A stretch of DNA of 64,000 nucleotides from Terriglobia bacterium (GCA_965206645.1 CBDBKE010000004.1:192001-256000); one strand, 5' to 3'; counted from the first letter of the stretch, positions 18,859 to 28,843 are shown. Translations and numbers: made by a program. The notes: generated from the sequence alone by a model not told the origin.

Positions 18859-21462
18859 TCATTCTACTCTCGAGGACGGAGACAATGGGGGTTCGCGCCT
18901 TGTGGGGTGCCTCCGGCTCTCCTCTCCCAATGAGAAGGAGAGCCGCTCGACTGCCGTGAATGTTTTTTCCGACTCCTTGATTTCCAGGAACTGGTTTACC
19001 CCGACGTTGTGGAACACCTGCCGCGTGTCGCTGGTGGGCCACCAGATTTCCAGGGTTTCGATGCTGGCCGCCTTGCCCAGCCCGATGTGCTGCTCCAGCG
19101 GGGAGGCGCCAAACGATCCGCCGCTGCCGACGAGGCGGTGAATGAAGCGGCGTCCACCCTCGGGCGTCTGCACGGCAAGCTTGATGCGGGCGCCGATGGC
19201 CCCGCGGTTCGTCTTCACGCCCACCAGCCGCAGACGGATCCAGTTGTTGCCGTGCCCGGGGTTTCTGAAGAGCAAGTTCGCGTGCCTGTCGCCCGGCACC
19301 ATGCCGCCCATCTGAATAAAAATGTCTTCATCGCCGTCGTTGTCGATGTCGACGAAGGCCGCCCCGTGCCCCTTATGAAGACAGCCGGTCCCCGAGGAAG
19401 TGGTGACATCCACGAAATACTTCCCGTCGTGATTCCTAAACAACATGTTTGGAACTAGCACTGCGTAAGAAGGACTGCCGGTCCCCAGGTAGAAATCGAG
19501 AAATCCGTCATTGTCCAGGTCGCCGAAATTGACCCCCATGGGGTTAAACACGCGGTCCAGCCGAACCTCCTTGGTCACATCCTGGAAGCCCGACCCGGTG
19601 TTCCTGTAGAGCTTGAGCGTCTCGACCTCCCCCGGCAATTGCAAGTAACTGCGGACGATGTCCACGATTGAGCCATAGGTACTGGAAACGAACAGGTCCA
19701 GCCAGCCGTCGTTGTCATAGTCGAAGAACCAGGCCGGAAAGCTGAAAATGGGTCGTTGCACTCCCAAAGGTTTGGCCATGTCGGTAAACGTTAAATCCCG
19801 GTTGTTGTGGTAGAGGAAGTTCTCCGCAGACACGTTTGAGACGTAGAAGTCCGGGTAGCCGTCGTTGTCGTAGTCGCCCGCAACGACGGCTTTGGTGAAC
19901 ATGACCCGGTCCACGCCGGCGGCGGGCGCAATGTCCACGAAGGTCCCGTCGCCCTGGTTGAGGAACAGCTGGCTGGGCGAGTGCTCGTTGCCCACGAACA
20001 GGTCCAGGTTGCCGTCCAGATCAATGTCGGCCCAGGCAGCGGTTTGCGTGGCGCTGGCGGGCACCGCCACCCCACTCGGGCGGGTCACGTCGGTGAAGGT
20101 TCCGTCGCAGTTGTTGCGCAGTAGCGAGTTGCGCATAGGGAGTTCCCATGCGCCCCGGAGCACCAGAATATCCAGGCAGCCGTCATTGTTGTAGTCAGCC
20201 GAGACCATGTTCAGCCCGCCAAGCTGATTGATCAGCCCGGCCTGCGCGGTTCGGTCGGTGAAGGTTCCGGTCCCGCTGTTGTGCAAGTAGCGCATCGGCG
20301 CGCAAGGGTCCATTGAGCTGGTCACAATGTCCAGCAGTCCGTCATTGTCCAGATCATCCACAATCGCTCCGCCGGCCGAGTTGAAGGTGTCGGCACCCAC
20401 CAGAGGGGCCACGTCAACAAAGCGGCCCACGTCTTCCTTCGACTCAAAGGGGGCAAGAGGAATCCGGTATTGCCGGGGAACAGCCTCGGGGTACTTTCCC
20501 AGAGCCATGGAGGCAAGGTTCAGCAACCACCTCACCTCCAGGTCTTCCGGCTTTTGCTCCAAGAACTTGAGAAAATGCCGGATGGCGGCCTCCCAATTCG
20601 CCATCTGCTCCGGCTGCGCCCCGCCAAGCATCGGAAACATGCAGGTCTTGGCATGTGCGCTGGGTACCAGGTTCTCAACCTCTGCCAATCGCAGGCGGGC
20701 AATCCCCAGCTTCTCCTCCAATTCCAGCAGCACCTGCTTGTCGCCGCGGGCGACAGCATGTTCGTACGCCGCTTGGAGATACTTGATCGTTTGATCTAAA
20801 TCTCCACGGTGTGCCCACTGCTGAGCCAGCGTCTGATAGACACCCAAGAGTCCAGCGTCGCCTACGTTCCTCGCGCTTCCGTTCTTGGCCTCTGCCAAAT
20901 ACTTTTCCAACTCTTGAAATCCGATGCGAACCGCCATGATCTTGATCGCGCAGATGGTTTGCAAATCCTGTTCCCAGCCGACTGGCTTCTGGATGCGGTC
21001 AAACAGGTATTGAACTTCTCCAGCTCCCGAGACGTCGGTGGTCAGTCGGCGCTCCGGGGCGCGCTGCGCGCTCTCGATTTCGGGTCTCTCCGCTTCCTCT
21101 TTAAGCACCTTCAGGATCATGTAGCCGCCCGACGTTTCGACAACCCCGGACACCTGTCCTGCAGCTAGCCCCTTCAAGGCCTCCTGAATTTCGGGGCGTA
21201 AATCCGACAGCTTCACTTTGCCTAGATAGCCGCCCGCTGGCCCGGTGGAATCGATCGAGTGCTTTTTCGCCAGCTCGGCGAAGTCCTCCCCGCGCTGAAG
21301 GTTCGCCAGAACCTGCCGCGCCTCTTCGGAGGTGCGCAGCAGAATCATCCGCACAGCAACTTCCAGGGGCTGTTTCTGCTCGCTCGCCCAGAAGACGGAC
21401 TCGATCAACAGGAAAGCAATGCCCAGCACGACCACGGCCGGGTACAGCTTGATTGCTTTCAT
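18859..21462 (-). CDS. CRTAC1/ASPIC-UnbV FG-GAP repeat protein with N-terminal parvulin (rotamase) and TPR-like domains
   Basis: GEDFAELAKKHSIDSTGPAGGYLG...VETSGGYMILKV; repeated DxDNDGxLDL; AIGARI...HIGLG...IWWP ASPIC/UnbV. Confidence 0.88.
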   Translation of the reverse strand: MKAIKLYPAVVVLGIAFLLIESVFWASEQKQPLEVAVRMILLRTSEEARQVLANLQRGEDFAELAKKHSIDSTGPAGGYLGKVKLSDLRPEIQEALKGLAAGQVSGVVETSGGYMILKVLKEEAERPEIESAQRAPERRLTTDVSGAGEVQYLFDRIQKPVGWEQDLQTICAIKIMAVRIGFQELEKYLAEAKNGSARNVGDAGLLGVYQTLAQQWAHRGDLDQTIKYLQAAYEHAVARGDKQVLLELEEKLGIARLRLAEVENLVPSAHAKTCMFPMLGGAQPEQMANWEAAIRHFLKFLEQKPEDLEVRWLLNLASMALGKYPEAVPRQYRIPLAPFESKEDVGRFVDVAPLVGADTFNSAGGAIVDDLDNDGLLDIVTSSMDPCAPMRYLHNSGTGTFTDRTAQAGLINQLGGLNMVSADYNNDGCLDILVLRGAWELPMRNSLLRNNCDGTFTDVTRPSGVAVPASATQTAAWADIDLDGNLDLFVGNEHSPSQLFLNQGDGTFVDIAPAAGVDRVMFTKAVVAGDYDNDGYPDFYVSNVSAENFLYHNNRDLTFTDMAKPLGVQRPIFSFPAWFFDYDNDGWLDLFVSSTYGSIVDIVRSYLQLPGEVETLKLYRNTGSGFQDVTKEVRLDRVFNPMGVNFGDLDNDGFLDFYLGTGSPSYAVLVPNMLFRNHDGKYFVDVTTSSGTGCLHKGHGAAFVDIDNDGDEDIFIQMGGMVPGDRHANLLFRNPGHGNNWIRLRLVGVKTNRGAIGARIKLAVQTPEGGRRFIHRLVGSGGSFGASPLEQHIGLGKAASIETLEIWWPTSDTRQVFHNVGVNQFLEIKESEKTFTAVERLSFSLGEESRRHPTRREPPLSPSSRVE

Positions 21463-21544
21463 GATATCGGTCCCACCTTTTGCTTGCGGCTGCCGGATGC
21501 CATCTCAGGCTTCCGCCCCCACAAGGCAGGGTGCGCACGTCCCG

Positions 21545-21752
21545 TAAAGATGCTCAACGGAAACCAATGGTTTCGCCTCCCCCGAAATCGGTGCGCATCC
21601 GCCCCCTTCCGGGACTGGACGCTGATTGGGTGCAGAGCGAGCAGGGCCAAACACAGGAGGCAGTAAGCGGAAGGCAGTGGCTAGCTGTCCACCCCCGCCA
21701 GCGCGCACAAAGCCAGCAGGATGCGCTCAAGCCCGAGTTGGCGACGAGCCGG
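21545..21752. repeat. Direct repeat copy A (GAAACCA-A-TGGTTTC palindrome and peptidase 3' end)
   Basis: Partner of 18703-18834; perfect 7-bp-arm palindrome at 21560-21574. Confidence 0.85.
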
Positions 21753-22913
21753 GTCGTACCATTCCTGCGGAGAGTGGGTCGCGCCCCCTTGGCCGCCCCC
21801 ACCCAGGGAAACTGCCTCGATGCCCAGCGCCAATGGAATATTCGCGTCGGTAGAGGAGCGCTCGACACGCGAGGGGATCCCCAGATAGCGGTCCACTGCC
21901 CGCACCGTTTCCAGGATGCGAGCGTTCTGCGGCAGCTCGGCCGCGGGGCGTTCGCCAATATCCTGAACCTGATAGGTGAGCCTGCCACCCTGCGCGCGCT
22001 GGTTCTCCTCTTCCACCACCTCCCGGACTACGCGTTCCAAAATGGCCGCCAGCCGCCGGATCTCTTCCACCGAACCGGAACGGATGTCCACCTTGATGAA
22101 GGCGAAGGAGGGTACCGAGTTGACGCTGGTGCCCCCTTGGATTTCACCGACGTTAAAGGTAGTGCGCGGCTGCTTGGGGACGGAAATTTGGGCGAAGCGG
22201 GCCACCGCTGATCCCAGGGCGTAGATGGGGTTTGCCAGGCCGAAGTCACTCCAGCTATGCCCGCCGGGGCCCTCAACGGTGACGCGGAAGCGCTGGCTGC
22301 CCAGGCCGGAGGTGGTGATGTGATCCACGCTGGCTCCGTCCAACACCAGAACAGCACGCGCTTGCCGGCAGATCTCTTTCTGCTCAAGCAAGTGGCGCAT
22401 GCCGTGCAGATTGCCTTCTCCTTCCTCGCCAACGTTGGCCACCAACAGCAAATGATCGCGCAGGCGCAGGTTTGCGCGGCGCAGGACGTGCGCCACGCCC
22501 AGCAGCGCCGCCAAGCCGGCACCGTTGTCGGTGATTCCTGGACCGTAGATGCGCCCGTTGTGGCGGTGGACCTCGATTCGATCCGATAGCCGGAAAACCG
22601 TATCCAGGTGGGCGCTCAGCACCAACAAGCGCCGTTGCCGCGCCGGCGCGGTGCCTCGCAGTTTGCCCAACACGTTGCCGGCAGCATCGCGCCGCACGCA
22701 GTCTAGTTTCAGTTTGCTGAACTGCTGGAAGAAGTAATCGGCCCGAGCCTGTTCCGCAAAGGTGGGCGCCGGGATCGAGGTGAATTCGACATGCCGGTCA
22801 GTAATCCAGTCCGCCTCTTGCGCGATCAACTCCAGCGCCCGAGCTACCATTGCGCGGCGCGCCAGCACCTCTATCGTCTCGGTTGTCGGAGCGGCAGTGG
22901 AGCTTGCCAGCAT
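21681..22913 (-). CDS. M20/M25/M40 family metallo-hydrolase (PepT-like peptidase)
   Basis: SAHLDTVF, PGITDN, VGEEG, GPGGHSW, STDANIP, THSPQEW. Confidence 0.88.
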   Translation of the reverse strand: MLASSTAAPTTETIEVLARRAMVARALELIAQEADWITDRHVEFTSIPAPTFAEQARADYFFQQFSKLKLDCVRRDAAGNVLGKLRGTAPARQRRLLVLSAHLDTVFRLSDRIEVHRHNGRIYGPGITDNGAGLAALLGVAHVLRRANLRLRDHLLLVANVGEEGEGNLHGMRHLLEQKEICRQARAVLVLDGASVDHITTSGLGSQRFRVTVEGPGGHSWSDFGLANPIYALGSAVARFAQISVPKQPRTTFNVGEIQGGTSVNSVPSFAFIKVDIRSGSVEEIRRLAAILERVVREVVEEENQRAQGGRLTYQVQDIGERPAAELPQNARILETVRAVDRYLGIPSRVERSSTDANIPLALGIEAVSLGGGGQGGATHSPQEWYDPARRQLGLERILLALCALAGVDS

Positions 22914-22988
22914 GGTCCTTCATGGTAACACAGCGATTCGCCGGGACTTCTTCAGGAGCGTACCGAAAGAGACTTGTGACCCGCAGAG

Positions 22989-23010
22989 GCACAGACTTTC
23001 CAGGCTGTGC
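22989..23010. repeat. Short REP-like hairpin GCACAG-N10-CTGTGC
   Basis: Inverted repeat gcacagactttccaggctgtgc. Confidence 0.45.
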
Positions 23011-23027
23011 GGCGCTTCAGCAGCGTG

Positions 23028-23183
23028 CTAGTGTTGTGTCCCGGAAAAACGTTGCATATGTTTGTGTGCTTGTGGGACCGCTTGCTGACGCGCGCGGCTC
23101 TGTATCTTCAACGCGCTTCCGAGCCACGAGCGTGAGCGAGTGGTCATGAACTTTTGTAGCGAATTTCTGGGACGCGACGCTAG
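23028..23183. repeat. MITE/REP-like nested inverted repeat bounded by CTAG
   Basis: Outer arms ctagtgttgtgtcccggaaa / tttctgggacgcgacgctag; inner arms gaccgcttgctgacgcgcgcggctc (23076-23100) / gagccacgagcgtgagcgagtggtc (23121-23145). Confidence 0.75.
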
Positions 23184-23470
23184 AAGGAGAGGATGGCGGT
23201 CCGAGGTTCCTCCGACGTGTGGGGCAGGTAGAGCGTCTTGCAACGTTCACAGCGGTAGACTTCGGCATTCTCGCCAAACATTTTCTTGACCTCTTCGCCG
23301 AAGCCGCGCCAGCGTTTCAGGTGCCCGCAGCAGAGCTTGTCCTTGGCGTCCTTTTCGTTGCAGGCACGCATTCGCAGGGTGCGGCGCTTCACTTTCTGGC
23401 CGCTGGACAGGGTGGTCAGCAATTCCGAAACGGGAGGATTCTCAACAGTCGTGCGAGGTTTGACGGCCAT
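23180..23470 (-). CDS. Small hypothetical protein with putative zinc ribbon
   Basis: RACNEK...LCCGHLKRW...YRCERCKTLY; RBS AAGGAG before ATG. Confidence 0.7.
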   Translation of the reverse strand: MAVKPRTTVENPPVSELLTTLSSGQKVKRRTLRMRACNEKDAKDKLCCGHLKRWRGFGEEVKKMFGENAEVYRCERCKTLYLPHTSEEPRTAILSF

Positions 23471-23687
23471 CCAGGCTCTCCTTTCGTTCCGTAACGGCAA
23501 CCTTCAGGGGTGCCATGGCAGTAGAGGCAGGCCAAAGCCTGCCGCTATGGCTTCTTCAAGTCTCTCATAGTTTGCGGTGGAACAAGGCGCGGATCGCGCC
23601 CGGCCGGCCGCGCATCCGCGCCGGTCGCGGGATTGATGGAGTTCACCATAAGACAAATTACGAATCATGAGTGAAGTGTGACGTTTC

Positions 23688-24449
23688 TTAGTATTCCACC
23701 GAAACCAGCCAGAGGCCCTTGCCGGGCAGAGTAGGTCCGGCCCCGGTGCGGTCCCGCGCAGCCAGAATCTCGGGGATCTGGTCTGCGGCCAACCGCCCCC
23801 TGCCAACCTCCAGCAGCGTGCCAACCATGTTTCGGACCATGTGGTGAAGGAAGCCGCTGCCCCTCACCGTGTAGACCAACTCCTCCGCTTCCCGCGTGAG
23901 ACTGGACTGATGGATGATCCGGATCTTGGATTCCTCAGGAACATCCTCGGGGGGCGTCCCGCCGCGGCCTTCGGAAGACGCCATTGCGGTGAAGTCGTGG
24001 GTGCCTTCAAAGAGGGGAGCAGCTGCTATCGTCGCCGCTTCATCCAGTGTGTGGGGAAAGTGGTGCACGTAGCGCCACAGGTAGGGCGGGCAAACCTCGC
24101 CGCGGTACAGGCGGAAGCGGTAAGTCTTGGAGCGCGCCTGGAAGCGGGCGTGGAAGCCGGGTGATGCTTCTTCGGCTGCCAGCACCCGGATGCTGTGGGG
24201 AAGCTTGCCGTTGAGCGCTCTGGCCAGATTGGCCACCGGGATGGTGGAATGCGTGTGGAAGCTGGCCACCTGTCCGAGCGCGTGCACACCAGCATCGGTG
24301 CGCCCGCTGGCATCGACTGGCACGCGTGTGCCAATGACCCGTTCCACTGCTTCCATCAGCGTGGCCTGGATGGTCGGCTCGCGCGGCTGGATTTGCCAGC
24401 CGTGGAATTCGCTCCCATCGTAGGAGAGCGTCAGTTTGATCGCACGCAT
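23688..24449 (-). CDS. truA: tRNA pseudouridine(38-40) synthase
   Basis: YDGSEFHGWQIQP, SGRTDAGVHALGQ, FHARF, GTHDF, GFLHHMVR. Confidence 0.97.
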   Translation of the reverse strand: MRAIKLTLSYDGSEFHGWQIQPREPTIQATLMEAVERVIGTRVPVDASGRTDAGVHALGQVASFHTHSTIPVANLARALNGKLPHSIRVLAAEEASPGFHARFQARSKTYRFRLYRGEVCPPYLWRYVHHFPHTLDEAATIAAAPLFEGTHDFTAMASSEGRGGTPPEDVPEESKIRIIHQSSLTREAEELVYTVRGSGFLHHMVRNMVGTLLEVGRGRLAADQIPEILAARDRTGAGPTLPGKGLWLVSVEY

Positions 24450-24539
24450 GTCAAGAGTCAGTGGATAACGAAAGGTGACAAGTCAAAAGTGCGAGCGAAA
24501 AGGGAAACGGCGTTTTGCGTTACTTTAGCTCATAGCCCT

Positions 24540-24570
24540 TCACTCCTCACTCGTCACTCCGCACTCACCA
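24540..24570. repeat. Short tandem heptamer repeat (CACTCNN)x4 at the pyrE stop
   Basis: cactcct cactcgt cactccg cactcac. Confidence 0.55.
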
Positions 24571-25146
24571 CTAGCGGCGTGAGCCGGGCTTTTCCAGTGG
24601 AGCTCCCTGGCGGCAAAGGTTGCACTGATCCGGGGCACAGGTGGGGAGAGACAATTGCAGGAGGCTGACCAGAGGAACGCCGAACTCACAGTGGCCGCCG
24701 CTTCGGTCCACAATGGTTGCCACACCGCGGATTTCGGCGCCACCGGCGCGCAGCGCCGCCAGCACCTCGCGGGTGGAACCGCCGGTGGTGACCACGTCCT
24801 CGACCACCAGCGCGCGTTCGCCGGGTATTACCTGGAAGGCTCGCCGCAAGGCCGCCTGCCCGCTGGCGTCGCGCTCGGTGAAAATAAAGCGCGCCCCAGC
24901 GGCGCGGGCCAGCTCGTGCCCGATGATCAGCGCTCCCACCGCTGGGCTGGCCACTAGATCAACCAACTGGCCGGCAAACTTCTCGGCCAGCGAACGACCC
25001 AGGTGTTCGGAGCGTTGGGGATCTTCCAAAAGGCGGGCGCATTGCAGGTAGTGCGAGCTGTGCAGCCCTGACGACAGCAGGAAGTGGCCCTCCAGCAGCG
25101 CGCCCGTTTCCTCCAACAACTTCCGCACTTGTTCGGGGTTTGACAC
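24571..25146 (-). CDS. pyrE: Orotate phosphoribosyltransferase
   Basis: LLEGHFLLSSGLHS..YLQCA, VVEDVVTTGGS PRPP loop, IVDRSG, KPGSR; GTG start. Confidence 0.95.
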   Translation of the reverse strand: MSNPEQVRKLLEETGALLEGHFLLSSGLHSSHYLQCARLLEDPQRSEHLGRSLAEKFAGQLVDLVASPAVGALIIGHELARAAGARFIFTERDASGQAALRRAFQVIPGERALVVEDVVTTGGSTREVLAALRAGGAEIRGVATIVDRSGGHCEFGVPLVSLLQLSLPTCAPDQCNLCRQGAPLEKPGSRR

Positions 25147-25361
25147 GTAATTGCTTCTATTCGAGCTACTCTGCGTTGTCAAGGTGAGTGAGTGGATGCT
25201 AGCATGAAAAGGCTCGCCCTTGGTCCGCGGGAGCAAGAGCGGGTCTGCGGCCAAGTTGTTGAAATCGCGGAATGTTCGTCTGTCCCCTTTTGTATTAGGA
25301 AGACTACTGTGTCCTTTCCAAACCAGACACAAGGCCTGATAAAACACACAGGAAGAGGTTC

Positions 25362-27265
25362 ATGTCTATGATGAGAGCATGGGTCGTGTTGCTGATCGCC
25401 GGGTTGGTGCTCCAGCCGCTGCTGTTGGTGGCCCAGGAACCGGACTATACGAAGGGCTACTCCGCCTTTCCTGATTTTCTTTCGTCTTACCGGCCTATGG
25501 GGATACCCGCGCCGGTACTGGGCAACTCCGGGCGGGTCGAGGACCTGCTTCGGGAAGGCAAGCTGATTCTGTCGCTGAGCGACGCCATCTCGCTGGCGCT
25601 AGAAAATAACTTGGACGTGTCCATCCAGCGCTACAACCCGAGGATCGCCGATCTGGATATTCTGCGCACCAAGGCCGGGGCCTCGCCGCGTGGCGTGCGC
25701 ACGGCGGTGACCAGCGCCTCACAGGTCGGCGATGCCGGCGGCTTCGGCGGCGCGGGTGCCCAAGGCGGCACCGGAACCGCTGCTGGCGGTGTGGGCCAGG
25801 GAACCGGGGGATTGGTGACTTCGGCGCTGACCGCTGGGGCGCCCATCGGCAGCTTCGACCCGGTGGTCACCGCTAACCTCAACATCAACCATCGCACCAC
25901 CCCCATCACAAGCTTCTTCTTCTCACAGTTCCTGGGCGTTGACCAGCTGCAAACCAACACCGGGACGGCCAATTTCACCTACCAGCAGGCCTTCCACAGC
26001 GGCACCTCACTGAGCCTGGGGTGGAACAACGGTCGTGAGACCAACCGAGTGGAGACTATCAACCCGCGGATCAATGCCAATTACCAGTTCCAGATCACGC
26101 AGCGGCTGTTGCAGGGCTTCGGCTTCGGCCCCAACACGCGCAACATCCGGATCGCCAAGAACAACCGAGAGGTCAGCGACCTGGTGTTCAAACAGCAGGT
26201 CATTCTGACGGTGACCCAAGTCCAAAATCTCTACTGGGACCTGGTTAGCACCCTGGAGGACGTCAAAGTGCGCGAGCGGTTCGTCACGGTGGCCGAGAAA
26301 CTGCACAAGGACAACCAGCGCCAGGTGGAGATTGGCACCCTGGCCCCCATCGAGATCGTGCGGGCCGAGGCCGAGGTGGCGCGCACCCGCCAGGACCTGA
26401 TCGTGGCCCAGACCACAGCCCAGCAATTGGAAACTTCGCTGAAGAACCTGGTGCTGCGCGACCTGAGCGATCCGGTGCTGGGGGGAGCTCGCGTTGTACC
26501 CACCGATCGCATCACTGTTCCGCCGGTCGAGCCGGTGGTGCCCGTTCAGGACTTGATCGGAACGGCCTTGTCAGCCCGGCCCGAGTTGTCCCAATCCCGC
26601 ATTGACCTGCGCAACCGTGAAATCTCCATCCGGGCAGCGAGGAACGGCATGCTTCCTTCGCTGGATGCCTTCGCCTACTGGGGAGGCAGCGGGATCGGTG
26701 GCCAGGCCGGTACCAGTCCGATCACGGGCGAGCCGGTCGAGATTGCGGAGCAATTCAGAGGCGGCCTGGGCACGTCGCTGAACCAGATGTTCGGCGGTGA
26801 TTTCCCCGATTACGCATTTGGGCTGCAGATCAGCATTCCCATCAGGAATCGGGCTGCGCAGGCCGACGCCGCTCAGGCCCAGATTGAGGAGCGACAAGCG
26901 CAAATGCGACTGCGCCAACTGGAGAACACGGTGCGCGCCGAGGTGCGCAATGCGGTGATTGGCTTGCAGCAGAATCGCGCCCGCCTGGACGCCGCCGGAA
27001 GGCGCGGGAGCTGCAGCAGCGCACCCTGGACGCCGAGCAGAAGAAGTTCCAGTTCGGCGCCTCCACTATCTTCCTGGTCATCCAGGCGCAACGCGATCTG
27101 GCCGAGGCGGAGGGCGCCGTCGTACGGGCACTGGGCGATTACATGAAGGCGCGGGTCGAGCTGGAGCGCTCCACCGGCGAAACCATTGTCAAGAACAGGA
27201 TCATCCTGGACGAAGCCTCCCAGGGCCAGATCTCCCGGCCCCCGCAGGCGCTGCCCAATTCCTAG
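25362..27265 (+). pseudogene. TolC-family outer membrane efflux protein with a 1-nt frameshift at ~26995
   Basis: LSLSDAISLALENNLD, YWDLV, VEIGTLAPIE; after gccgccggaag the homologous text resumes in another frame (ARELQQRTLDAEQKKFQFGASTIFLVIQAQRDL...LERSTG) to TAG at 27263-27265. Confidence 0.8.
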
Positions 27266-27286
27266 TAGGGTCGAAGACGCGAAGTC

Positions 27287-28420
27287 TCACTGCCGAGGAA
27301 CGTTCACACTGAGAGGCATGCGCACCACCAGATTGCGTCCCGGACCGGGGTGCAGGTTGGTGAGTTCCAACTCCAATTCGAAGTGATGGGTGCCTTCGGG
27401 CGCGTCGCGCAAAATGCCCGGGAACATCACCGAAGTGCCGGCGGGAATCAGCTTGGTGTCGAGGTAGAACCAAGCAGGCGCCTGCCGGATGCGGAGACGG
27501 AAGCCGATGGCGGAGTCGTTGCGGATGCGGAGGGCCAGGTAAGTGCCGCGACCGCGATAGCTCAGCTCAGGGTTCTCCACCTTCACCGCGGCTTGCCAGA
27601 GCCCTCGCAGGAACGGCTCCGCGCCCCAGAGCTGGCCACCCATCCAGGCCACCGTGCGGCGGGCCACCAGCGCCTCGCGCACGCCAGCAGCATCGGCCGT
27701 GCGCACAAACAGCAGCGTGATGGGTCGGATCCCATGCACGATGCGGGGCGGCATTGGATCGTGGATGTCACTGGTGCTAATAATCGTTAATTTCTTCTCT
27801 TCAATCCACGGATAGGCCCCAGCATAGAAATTCGTCCCATTAACCAGTTCCATGCCCTGAAACAGCTTTTCCTGGTGGGCGGCCGCGATAGGTGGGAACC
27901 ACTCCGGCTTTTGGACGCCATGCTCGGGGTGGTTCCAGAAAACGAAGGCGTCCTGGGCGCGCGCCCGTCGCAGCGCCTCGAACAGGTCGGGTACATTCAG
28001 GGCATTGGGGTCGGTGACGAACAGGGCGTTGAAGTGCGTCGGCCCGTGCGCCAGCGTCTTGGTGATTTCTAGGCCCTGGATCAGGATCAGGCCCAATTGT
28101 TCGGCCAGGGGACGGGCCAGAGCATCGGAACGAGTGCCGTCCACCTTTACGTCCCCGGCGTGGATATGGGAGTCGACGTGGTCAGTCAGCCCGATCACAT
28201 CCAGACCGTCGCGCCAGGCCTCGATGACCCGCACGGTCGGCCACACCTGGCCATCGGAGAAAACGGTGTGGATGTGGAAGTCGCCCTTCAGTGTTTTGTA
28301 GCCGGGAAGGTCGGGGACCGGAAGCGGGTCACGCACCTCGGCCGCGTGCATGGCTCCCAGCAGCAGAAGTGCCAACAGCGGGTGGAAGAAGGCCGTCTTT
28401 GTCACGACAGAACGTTGCAT
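27287..28420 (-). CDS. Exported PHP-domain phosphoesterase/phosphodiesterase
   Basis: Signal peptide, GDFHIHTVFSDG, LTDH, HFNALF, WNHP, SDIH. Confidence 0.85.
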   Translation of the reverse strand: MQRSVVTKTAFFHPLLALLLLGAMHAAEVRDPLPVPDLPGYKTLKGDFHIHTVFSDGQVWPTVRVIEAWRDGLDVIGLTDHVDSHIHAGDVKVDGTRSDALARPLAEQLGLILIQGLEITKTLAHGPTHFNALFVTDPNALNVPDLFEALRRARAQDAFVFWNHPEHGVQKPEWFPPIAAAHQEKLFQGMELVNGTNFYAGAYPWIEEKKLTIISTSDIHDPMPPRIVHGIRPITLLFVRTADAAGVREALVARRTVAWMGGQLWGAEPFLRGLWQAAVKVENPELSYRGRGTYLALRIRNDSAIGFRLRIRQAPAWFYLDTKLIPAGTSVMFPGILRDAPEGTHHFELELELTNLHPGPGRNLVVRMPLSVNVPRQ

Positions 28421-28472
28421 TTCGCACCTCGTGGCCGGCGCGCTTACTTATCGCGCCCAAGTCGCCGTCATT

Positions 28473-28830
28473 CTACCACCTGCCCGCCCGGGTTTACAGG
28501 GAGGCTGATGAGGCAGGTGCCGGCTGGAGAGTGGGCGCAGCGGGCTATGGTGCGCTCGGAGCGCGGCCGGTCGGCGGACGGCCCGCGAGGCGAATCAAAA
28601 ACCTTGCCTAAACCGCTGATACTCGCCGATGATAGGAGGCGCAGGTTCGGACTACCACCTGCCCGCCCGGGTTTACAGGGAGGCTGGTGAGGCAGGTGCC
28701 GGCTGGAGAGTGGGCGCAGCGGGCTATGGTGCGCTCGGAGCGCGGCCGGTCGGCGGACGGCCCGCGAGGCGAATCAAAAACCTTGCCTAAACCGCTGATA
28801 CTCGCCGATGATAGGAGGCGCAGGTTCGGA
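28473..28830. repeat. 179-bp tandem direct duplication in the divergent PHP/ino1 intergenic region
   Basis: 28473-28651 and 28652-28830 identical except one base (gctgatg vs gctggtg). Confidence 0.95.
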
Positions 28831-28843
28831 TTTGGAGTCTGTC

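Noticed and set aside
25147-25347. N-terminal extension of pyrE in the ORF track
   Set aside because: No homology-like content; it overlaps the divergent promoter region; GTG at 25146 gives a normal length
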